A stretch of DNA of 64,000 bases. Origin: Lytechinus pictus (lineage: Eukaryota). Below, one piece after another: positions 27,301 through 39,300 of the stretch. Location of the stretch: NCBI RefSeq assembly GCF_037042905.1, contig NC_087251.1, positions 32,986,001 through 33,050,000 of the forward strand, written 5' to 3'. The notes beneath the pieces are model-generated. The model was not told the DNA's origin. It did no database searches and saw only the letters and a list, made by a program, of their open reading frames with translations. The translations under genes and the position numbers were made by a program. Positions within the stretch are counted from its first letter, which is position 1; the number at the start of each line of letters is the position of its first letter.

Positions 27301-30300
27301 AAATCAATTGACAATCATTTTGAGACAGTTTCTTCCATGTTTACCTGGACCATACTTGAAGATCAGAGAAGTATTCAATTTAAAATCTATATGTTTAATG
27401 ATGCTTACCTCAAACTTGCCTGCTGCTACTTCTTTAGAAAGTTTAAGTTGTATCCTCATAAGAGATCCCACAATGCTAAGCATGATATGAAACCTATCCC
27501 TCTTGTTGATTTCATCATCAGTATAGTTCCTGGTGGTGTCCTGCAGAGACTCTAGGCTGATTTCCAACACTTCACATTCCTTGGTGATCTGAGCTAACCC
27601 AAGGAATGACTCATTCAAGATCTTGTAGATCTGACTGGCCACAGAGCTTTGCATGAAGTGTTCTGAGAAACCTTGACTGTACACGATTAGATTAGCACAA
27701 GTCCTCCAGACATCACTGGCCATGGCAAGTCTTGCATCTGGGAGAACACTAATACTGTCCTTTGGCATGAAGAGCTTTGGTGGTGTCATTGTGTTGTGTT
27801 GAGAGGAGTCTGAACTGTTGCTGTCTGACATTGTCCTATCAGGAAAGGCTGCTACCCCTTCATGGAGAGTGCCTAGTACTGACTCGATGCTTTGATGTGC
27901 CAAACTTTCAAATGGTTCATCTACGATTTCATAGGATGATAGAAGGCGGTCAAGAGAGCGTTCATGCAATCCTCCAGACTGATTTTGATAGCTACTTCCT
28001 TCGGAACTATCACTCTTAGAGTGAAGGTCGTCAGGGATAACTTCTTGGACAATGCCTGTAAAGGCATCTAGGACACTAACCACTGTGCTTGCATGGTCTC
28101 TCCGGCAATTAGATGTGTTGTATCTGACTTGTGAAGTAGAGCTTGTTGCAGTTAGAGATGATGCAGCACTCAGTACACTGTCTGCTGTGTTACTCCTGTC
28201 TCGTCTCATTTTCTCTTCATCACCAGAAAGGATGATGACCTCAAACACCTGAAGGACATGACGTCTTGTAGTGTCCAACTGCAGCAAGTGCAGAAGCTGG
28301 TTCAAGCCTCCTTGACTAAGAAACAGCTCCTGGGCAAACTTAGACGTTAATAGAATGGGTAAAGCACTAAAACAGTATTCTAAGACAGTTGATGAAGTGA
28401 TACGGTATGGCAGCCGAGGAGTAGGCACAACTGACTCCTCAGGGCCTATTGGTCTAGATGATTCAAAGCATGGCAGATAGACATGAAGATACAATTCTTG
28501 TTTAATTTGGTAGTTTCCATGCTTGACAAGATGCAGCAGATGCCTAGCCACCTGGACGCTCAAGACTTCATTCACCCCACTCGTGATTAGGTTAGCATAT
28601 GTTCCCAAGACCTGCCACCGAGACTTGGTGACATCCCAATCTTGGATGCTACCATCGCTTCCAATTGCGCTATCACTAGTCCTACTATCCGTGATGCTTC
28701 CAATGTCTAACTGACTGCCTGTCAACCTATGTTTCACATCTAACTGGACACATTCTGGACAAAGGTCGACTGGAATCGATTCAGCCTTCTCACCACCACG
28801 CAACTGTTCCAGGATCAACTTTGCTACGACACTGAGCAGATAGTTCGATAATGCTAGGGATCTGTTTTCAATGGAATGCAACAGTTTGCTGAGGATTACA
28901 TGTGGAGGTATGCAACAGCAGATCCCTCCTTGTTCCAACATTCCTAGTAACCTCACAAGGGTTACTCGACATTGCACTTTTGATATCAATTCTAAGACCA
29001 CGTCCACTACTGTAGCGATGCAACACTTGCTCCTGTTTGCCCTGATGGGATTCCTGTCCACCAATCCACCACTTGCAACATGACCAGCATCAGGGTGACC
29101 CTGCTTATCTTCTTCAAAGGCAGTGTAGGTCATTCCCAGCATGCTGTGATGGTGATGCATGTAATGACTGTAATCGCAATTACTGTGTGTTCTCTTCAGA
29201 CACTGGAACTTATGAAGGTACTCCAGCTTCGCTTTCTTAGTAGCAGTGGTAAGCTTACACATGGAGGTTATCAAAGAGATGATGATCTCCTTGATGTTAC
29301 GGACCTTCTCACCATCATCCTCGCCACTTGACAGCAATCCATCCATTGCCTCGATTACCATGAGGAAGAGCTGATATCCTCCATACTCTTCAAACTCATT
29401 TAACATGGATAATCCCTGCGTCAAAACAGTTTGGTTGTCATGGCAACTATACATCACAAAGGAAAGGAGTAGAATCACACCTTGCAGAATTTCGCTAATG
29501 TATGTCATACCTGCTGAATCAACTTTAAATCCGGGCACAGATGAATCCTTCTCTGGCAAACTTCCATGATCATCACCTGATCCTTCAAACACAGAGTCTG
29601 ACACTTCAGGCTCATCTGCCTCATCTCGCGCAAAATCATCTTCTTTCTCTTTAGTCCTTTCCGACAGAGAATGCATGATCTTTTGAGCAGAGCTCTTTGC
29701 CTCCGACAGGAGAGATTGCAGCAACCCACTAGACGATAGCTCTTGAATCTTCTGATGCTGCGTTAGACTGTACAAGCAAACCTTCAAGACAATGCGCAGG
29801 ATAAGTCTCTTCAATGCACCAAGGAGTTCCGGTCCCCAGTTGTAGTCCAAGTTGATACCCTGGCCTGAACACTTGTGATCAATCTTCACAAGCAAGTTGG
29901 TGAGCTGCGGTGCAAGGAAGAGACTAAGTGAGTTTCTATGAGCTGCGTTCATGGCTTCACTAGAACACAGCTTCTCCAAGAGAGACAAGAGAGTTATGCA
30001 CAGGTCGAATGGTGTAGTGCTGGATAGATCCATACCTGAGAGTCCATCATCAACACTCATCCTGTGCCTAATGATTAGGTTTCCACCATTCCATTGGTAC
30101 TTTGGAATGGAGTTCCTGAAAGCCATCAGGTAGTTAGCAGTCACTTTGTGCTTTCTGATGTTGCCCGAGATATGCCTGCTCCTGTACCGTCTCCCAGGCT
30201 CATTTTCAGAATCTGTGCTTTCTTGCTCTCCTCTGTTCCGTGGTAGCAGGCTCTTCTTACGTTGACTGCTCACGCCTGTCCTCTGTACCCTCCCACCTCC

Positions 30301-33300
30301 CTGGTAGGAAGTGGTTGTCCGAAGAAAAGCCGTCTTCTTGCGGTAGACATCATGGGTAAGATGAGAAGCCATTGCTGTAGGTGAGTCTAGTTGACTGGTC
30401 TGTCTTAGGTTCTGTCTGGCAGGAAAGCACGTCTCCATCGGTGGCACCAGAGTGCCCACATCTGCAAGAACAATAAAGGAAAAGGTATTCCTGTTAAGAG
30501 TACTGCTGGGCAGGAAAGGCTTTTTTTCTTCTTGAATAAACAGGAAATATATACTCATGTAGTAGCTACATCCCTTTACTCAACAAATAAAACTCTCTTT
30601 CCATTAAAAGGTCACATGCTTTCTCAAAAACAGAGAAAGAGCAAGAGAGAGAACGAGAGAGGGGACAGAGGGGTACAATGGGAAGGATTGTATATTGTGA
30701 ATCTGCCTCTCATGCAGGTGATGCACAACAATAAGCACCAAGATCTCTTTTGCTTCCTGTTACTTGTGATGAAAAATGATGTTGGAAATGTAGACCTCCA
30801 CCAAATATAATGTAAATACAAACCAAAAAATAATTTGAATATTTTGATAATATAATTGAAGATGACATATCCCATTACTTTCAATTTGAATTTTGAATAT
30901 AAAAATGTAAAAAAAAAATCCTTCAATTATGATTTTAGTAGGAATCTCACTGAGAATCTGTTATTTCTTGGTAAATAAATAAATTTAGTATCACAAAGCA
31001 ATAAAATCCAATGTGCAGTGAAATGATTCATGGCTTTTAAAAAATACATTATGAAGGCATTTCTCAATATTACAACAGAAATTTCATGGTCTATATTGTT
31101 TGTTCACAATGGTGCATCCAAAGAAAGTGTCTAATCCGGATAGATATCACGGTGAACAATTGGCCGTTTTGTAGCCATTTTCTAGGGATTTTCCCTCCCT
31201 TTTTATTGTCAGTTTACAGTCCTTTTAAAAAATGGCTAGCAAAATGGCAAATTTTGTCCAATTAAATTTCTCCATACACCACTATTCTAAGCTTTGAAGA
31301 GCATAGACTATAGGGTCTGGGATATAATTATGGGAAGCCAGAAATATCAATCATTTCTGAACCCCTTATGCTTCAGTAAGTTTACTGGGATCTTTCCCTT
31401 GATTTAATGGTGAAGAAAGTCATTGTATAGATCATTTCAAAATGGTTTACAATGCTCTGAGTGCAAACTATGATGATAAATTGAATGATCAGGTAGTTAT
31501 GGAGATCCACGTCACATTTGGCACCCCATAGTCAAAGTACAACTTTAGACAAGAATTTGAATTTTGAAAATAATACCCATTGGGTTTTAGTTCATGAAAC
31601 TGCTCTGAATCTGCAAATTTTTTTCCATTTTGCACCACTAATCTTTATGGTTCAAAGCATGAGATATACTCAGGCTTGGTTTATAGGTTATACTGAACTA
31701 TGTCAATGCTTGTACATATAAACAGTATGCAAAAGGGTACAGGTAAATAATCAGGCAAAAAAAATATATTTTTCGCAACTTACTGCCTAAGTCTGCAACA
31801 TTATAAAAGTTGTAACATTCAAATGAATGGGGATTTCCAGGGCTCCTTCTTGAGTTTGAATGGCTCTTTTGAGCACTACTTTAGGGGCTAAATCACCCCG
31901 AGCCCCCATGCATTTCTTTCTGAGGCCCTATATTATAACCCTGATAACTTATATTTTGTATGTTATAAGTACATATATATGCACATCCATAGCCTGCCAA
32001 TACCATGTTTGTACAAGTATGTAAATCAATAACTCTCAAGCAACTCTCTGGTCATGTTTGTCACATTCATCACTTTGCACTCTACAATGTACATGTACCT
32101 TTAGTCCAGGATAGAAGGGGTCGAACCTTGTTTTTTTAGATATACAATGTTTTTTTATGGTTTCTTGTCAATTCGAGGGTGCTGATTCCGAATCTGAATG
32201 ATGCCACTCGTGTAACCTTGAGCATTTTCTGCAAATTGGAAAAATCCAATATGGCTGCCAAAATATTCAAATTACCCATGAAAATCATAAAATTGTCCAC
32301 GCATTGGCTGTAAAGTACATGCAATTGTGCTGCCGGAGTGAAATAATATCTGAAAAAAAATATTTGTTACAAAATATTTATTTTCTTGATATTCAAAATG
32401 GCCGCCATAGACCCCTGTACAATATGAATGGGGAAAATTAATTTTCACAAAAGTGCCAGCTCTGAAATGCAAGTAATAATGATCTATGAGGGAAGTAATG
32501 TCTGAAAACATGATTGCTAATGATATATATCATTTGTTATGTCATGTATGTGATAAATCCTGTATTTTGATATTCAAAATGGACTCCAAAAGCCCTAACA
32601 CTATTATGTACAATGTGAATGGTGAAAAAAAAAATAACAAGAGTGAACACTAAAATGCATTTTGTTAAGATTAACGAGTGGAATACTGACTAAAAAACAT
32701 TATTGTTAGCGAAATTTATTATTTAACATGCCATGTATGTGATAAATCCTGTATTTTGATATTTAAAATGGCCGCCAAAGGCCCTAAAATTATAATGTAC
32801 AATGTGAGAGAGGACAAAAACAATCACAAGGTGAGCGCTAAAAACACATGTTTTTGTGGTAAATTAGTGGAATACTGCCTTAAAATATAATTGTCAACGA
32901 AATATATAATTCGGGATTCATGTTTGTGTAAAATATTGTATTTTGACTTTCAAAATGGCCGCCAAAGACATTGACTGTATTATGTACAATCGATCTGGGA
33001 AACCAATTTTCACAGGAGTCAGCACCATAAAATTCATATAATTGTGATCTAAGAGTAAAGTATTGTCTGAAAACATAATTTATAACAAGATATATCATTT
33101 ATTCTGCCAGGTAAGTGATAAATAATGTATTTTGAAAGTCAAAATGGCCGCTACAGGCCCTAACTGTAGGCCTATTATGTACTATGTGAATGGGAACATA
33201 TAATTTGACAGAATTTGGCTCAGTTACATGCTTGACTAAATGGTGTTGCATGTTTGAGTGAAATATCGTCTGAAAATATGATTTCTTATGAAATAGATCA

Positions 33301-36300
33301 TTTCTTATGTTATTTAGGTGATAAATGCTATATTTAAAATTCAAAATGGCTGCAATATGCTTTTTTTGTGGAAATTATCGTTCCCCATTCAAATTTTACA
33401 TATTTAGATAAGGGACTATGACGGCCACTTTTCAATTTCAAAATGCAGCATTCATCACCTTTATGGCACAAGCTATGATATATTTCGTTAGAAATCATTG
33501 GGCTTAGACAATACTTTACACTTACATCAAAATTAAGCATTTTTTTATAGTAAAAATTATCTGTCCCCAGTTACAATGTACATACTACTTTGGGGTCCTA
33601 TGGCAGCCATTTTGAATTTCAAAGTAAGGCCTTTATCACCTTCTCGACCAATATGAGATGTATTTAGTTATAAATCATGTTCAAGACAATATTTAACCTG
33701 TACATCACATAGTTACGTGCGTTTTTGGTTCTCATTCTGGTGAAAATTATTTTCCCTATGTGCATGTTACATAATTTAGTCAGGGCTTGTAGCGGCCATT
33801 TTGATAGTCAAAATACAGTATTTATTACCTACATGGGAGAGGAAATGCTATATTTCATAAAAATCACGTTTTCAAACAATATTTTCCTTATACAACAGAA
33901 TTATATGGATTTCATAGTCAGGCAAATCCTAATTCTTTTAAAATTATTTGTCCCCATTTACATTGTAGATAATAGTGTAAGTGCCCATAGGGGCCATTTT
34001 GAATTTCACAATATAGCATTTATCTCATGCATGACAAAGGAAATTATATGTTTCAATAGAAAACATGTTTTTAGAGAATTTTTCACTCGTAGATAACAAT
34101 TACATTCATTTTATTGTTCTTACTCTAACCTTGTGAAAATTAGTTTCTTCATTCGCTTTGATACAAATAGGGCCTATGGCAGCCATTTTGAATGTCAAAA
34201 TACAGCATAATTACCGAAATGGCAAGGGAAATGATATGTCTCGTTAGAAATCATTGTTGTCAGACATTGTTACACCAATATTTCACAATTGTTGGCATTT
34301 TATAGTCAAGCAAATTCAAATGTGAAAATTACTTGTCCCCTTTTATATATTGTACATGTATACAGTATAAGGGGTCTATGACAGCCATTTTGAATATCAT
34401 AATACAGCATTTATCACGTTAGATAGTATAAAAATGACATAGTTTTGTTAATAATCATGTTTTCAGACAGAAGTCCACTCGTGGGTCACAATCACATGCA
34501 ATAATAGTGCTCTTGTTCAAAAATTATTTTTCCTATTCATATTCTACATAATAAAGTATACAGGTGCTTATGGCGGCCATTTTGAATATCAATGAAATCA
34601 ATATTTTGTCAAATATCGCTTTTCCAACGAGTATTTCACTTCTGCACAACAACTACATGTACATGCATTTTATGTGTGGGCAATTTTATGAATTTCATGG
34701 GTAATTTGCATATTTTGGCGGCCATATTGGGTTTTGCCAATTTGCCGAAAATGCTCAAGGTTACAAGAGTGGCATCATTCAAATTCGGAATCAGCACCCT
34801 CGAATTGTCAAGAAACCATAAAAAAACATTGTATATCTAAAAAAACAAGGTTCAACCCCTTCTCTATGGGGCCTATCATGGACTACTTTGGTTCTATAGA
34901 AATGCACTGTGTAATTTGCCTACTGCATTGATCTGAACAATTCTATTGACTTTTCTTCCACTACATTGCAAACAATGGGCTTCCAGACACCAGACCATGA
35001 ATGCGATCTTTGATGCTTTCAGATGAACTGAGATAATTGTGATACAGTATATTGACTATCCTCTACAATACAAATATCCAGTATTTAGTTTATAAAAAAA
35101 AAGAAGCAAATTTTAACGATCCAGGGCAGCATCAATGTTAGCATTTCAACACAAGGTTTCACATACATTATTGTTAAGTGCTCTCTCCCCCCAATATAAA
35201 ATATGTACAAATACGTAGATATGACCATCCGATTGTTATTTTCTATAGGGTCAGCGCCCCCCCCCCCCCCCACTTTCAAAACCATTCCGTGGACCCTGGA
35301 TACTGTACATTGGACTACCCTCAACAAATATCCATTATTCGCGTTAAAACCCCCACAAACTTTCAACGATCCAGATTCTAGAGTATCATCAATGATGGGC
35401 TAGGTAATAATATTTCAATACAGGGGTTCAAATGTACATTATTGTTTGGACTCGTGCCAGGTTGACCTGGGTAAGGTCACACACAGATCATTTCTCCTCA
35501 CATGTATGGAAAGTTTGACTCAATACAAAACTATTACTTTTGAGCTACATGTATTTAACTTGACTTGAATTCATTGCACCGATTCTAAATACACACAAAC
35601 GTAGCACTAATATTAAATATTATTCAAGAGAACTGTTTTTTTATGAGCACTCCACAAATTAATGCAAACATCTCTGTAAAATTGGTTTGCTTTCAGATCA
35701 TAAACTAAGCAATCAATCTCAAACAGTTTGTAGAAAACAAAATTATTCAACAAGGTTTATCATGAAGGGTGTCGGCAAGTGTTCCGACTTCCGAGAAATA
35801 TGAGTTTGGCTTTCATGGTTTTCTATTCAATTCAAATCAAAGTTCAGTATTAAAGAAGGATGAGAAAGAAATGATGTGCATAACTTTTTTTCTAGTCCTC
35901 TTTTACTACATGTATTTTACGAAGAAGAAAGTTACTTTTCAGGAATTGGGTAGTATACACAATGAATGGCAAATGAAGCTGATCGAGAATTTTGCTTTGC
36001 AGGTATTCCAAATTTATGAATCCTCTGAATATTTTAAAACTCATTCTTAATCAAAATTGAGCAAATTTCACCAAAGTGACCAAACTATTTTTTTTCTTCT
36101 GGAATACATGAAACGAAACCCCAACCAACTTTAACTGATGATCTTCCCTTTAAATCAAGTTGTGAACTTCCGTTTAGTAGTAGAGGTCATCACCTTACAG
36201 TCCAAAGGTATAGGAAAGGAATATTTAAAGCACTAAAAGGTAGTGCATCAAATTCAAGCAATGGAATATACAGTATATGCTTACATTGTATGTGCTACTT

Positions 36301-39300
36301 GTATCAAAATACCGTCAGACCAGCCAAAATATCACAAATTATATCCCTTACTTAAGATTGTTGTATTGTGAGTGTACACAAGGAGAAAATGAATAGTTTT
36401 ACTACGGAAAACGTTTGCCATGAAATAGTTCATTTTCCTTGCTGACGTCACGCATAGTCCATTTTTTCCCTAGGGAAAAGTGAACTATACGTTTTTTGAC
36501 CCCCCCCCTACCTCGCGATTCGCGAGCTGTGCGGCGCGATGCGAGCAGAGCGCTGCTCAGCCAAACGGTACTCTCCACTGCATGCCACGGGAAACTTTCG
36601 GCGAGCTGCACTTACCAGGTGCGCTCGCCGAACACTGATCCATACGGCAAGACTTATTATTTTCTCAACGATTGTTCTATATCGACTTATTAAAAATCGT
36701 TTTGCTGTAAAATGGTATGAGTGGAAGGGATATAAAACAAATATACAATGACCCATTCTCGGAACAGGCCGAGGGAGAATAGTACTATGTGATGTTCCTT
36801 CGATGCGAATAGTTTTAGCCAGATCCTCGAGTGTCATTGTATATTTGTATACTATGCACCGACAGTTGTGCTCGATAGTTAGTGAACCCCACCACAAAAT
36901 GCACTCATTCGTTCTCTGAGTGTTGAATGTAGACAGCCACACTACAATGTTTGGCAAGCCCAGAGAAACACAATTTATTGAATGTAATATTTTATCACCT
37001 TTACTTCACAATCAAATATCTCAAACATGGCATAACATGAATGTAAATGTTCATTTTCTGGTAGGGTTCACCAACTGTTGAGCACCACTGTACATGTACA
37101 TGTACATGTATATGCATGCGAGCATCAAAGAGGCCAAAATTTGGGACTGAATTCCAAGCCCCCTGGATCAAAGCAACAACCAGCATCATTTTTACAGGAA
37201 ATAGTCTGAATTTTTCAGATCTGAGCATGAAAGCTATTGCAGGGAGTAGGTTCACCATGGAAACCAGCCTTGAATAGACCGAACCCATTTTCACAATGTA
37301 AAGCAATACTTTCATAGAACTTTATTTGTTAATTAATATGATTTATTTCGATATGAATATAGATTTTGCAAGGATTAAATCACTACAGATGGAATGGTAC
37401 AATAGTGGCCAATAACTAGTCTGCTGCGCAAACCCTTCACTCGAGTAAAGGGTCTGAATTGCAGCCTACTCATGCATTGTGTACTGAAGGCCCTCTCACT
37501 TAGGAACAGCCAGCAAGTTTTGTATGTGCTAGTCTTTGCTTGGAGACACATTTGTTGATCAAAGTTTCAATCAGGGTCTGTGCCTGCAGACTAGCCAATA
37601 ACTAAACAATGAGACAAAAAATGTATTTACATTCAGTTTCAAAGTTGTTGTAGCAATATCATTTTCCCGAGCAACCATATTCATTTAAGTTAAGAAATAA
37701 TGTAAGCCACTTTTCGGCTTCTTACTACTAGAGGAAGAGGATGACAAAGGGCTACCCATGTACAGGAAGAATTACCATCCTGTCAATATTTCCTGTAAAA
37801 AAATAAAATACCCTCTACAAGTATGTTTTTCACGTGATCACTCTCTTTCCAGACTTGTCATTTTCTTCTCCCATAATAAACACGTATGATAGCCTGGGCT
37901 ATGAAAACTCTTTAGTGCACAATGGTTGGAGAGTTCAGGTTTTGGATATTTAACTACTTTTTGTCAGCTAGAATGTGAATGAAATAAATCTTGATATTAA
38001 TGGCGCAGTCACATTTCCTCTACGGCGGTCATACGGCGAGTCAAAAGCAGCCGTTGTAACATTTTTGTAATAGCTACATACAGGTGGTTTGAATATAACA
38101 GCTGTTTTCGACTCGCCATACAGCCACCGTAAGGGAAATGTGACTGCACATTAATCTTAAATTTCAAACACTAGAATTTAATTGAGCAAATTTGTTCAGA
38201 ACCAGATTAAATATCAATACTGTGATCACTGTGTAAGCATCATACAACTCTTTGGAAGGATCAATGAGACTTTATTTTCCATTAATGTGTAATGAATGCA
38301 AACTGGGTTCGAGTATTGTTTATCATTAAGAGAAATAATTCACTAATAGGCCCCATGAAACAAAATGTCCCCTAAATTTAAATCCCCAAAGATGCCTTAG
38401 TCAACAAACAAAATCAAGGATATCATTTTTCATTCTTCTTCCAAAATGCTAAATAAAACGTCTTATACATTTCATGTACTTCTGGAATGGACATCTATAT
38501 CATTATTAAGGATCTCCATTAGATCTCAAAACCAGGAGCTAAAAGTTTAAATTTTCTGAATTAGGGATATCATTTATTATCAAACTTTAATATATTGTTC
38601 ATTCTTCTTCAAAAACGCAGTTAACAATAATAATCATAAATCATAAAATGTACTCACTTTCGGATTGGACATCTATATCATTATTCAGAAAGTCCATTAT
38701 GATGAACAATCTCAAAACCGGGAGCTCAAAGTTTCAATTTTCTGAATGAGGCAATCATGACAAATCTTCCTATCTGCTAACATCCATTAATACAGTATGT
38801 TCATGTAGGCCTATCTGGTATAATCAGCACGGGTAAATCAGTTCAATCCAAGACATATCACATCATGTACATGGAGCGGATCCACCCATCAAGGTATCAT
38901 CTTCATAATTAAACATGTACCACTGTATAACACTACCATCCTCTCAATTTATATCAAAAGATGTAGATCAAATCAAAATGGTAGAAGTCCACTTTCTCAG
39001 CACAAAGCTGGCAATTCACTGGCAAAGGCATGGTCAGACAGTCAATCACTGAAATCTTACATCAGAGATGGGATTACAAAATGATATAAGCCTTGCATTA
39101 TATACATAATTTTTTTTCTCAGAGTAAACATATGAAGAGAACCTACAGACCAAAGTACGATCATTTTAAACATTGACACGGGGAGGCGTATCAAGCTAGT
39201 AGAAGGGGGAAAGAGACACCAGCCCATAATTCTGGAATTTGGTTTAGCTTTTAATAAGTGGTTTCAGACTTTCAAGTAGCCAAAAAATGTGAGTTATAAT

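Noticed and set aside
27304..30558. 1084-aa ORF as a standalone gene
   Set aside because: Bounded by splice sites at 30461 and 27409 and phase-linked to flanking LYST exons; the ORF ends are intronic
32395..34600. CRISPR-like periodic repeats
   Set aside because: Period ~190 bp, spacers homologous to each other, orientation flips at the centre, eukaryotic intron, no cas genes; it is a foldback transposon
36402..36957. Overlapping GC-rich ORFs on both strands
   Set aside because: Explained by low stop-codon density in the GC-rich core of a repeat element
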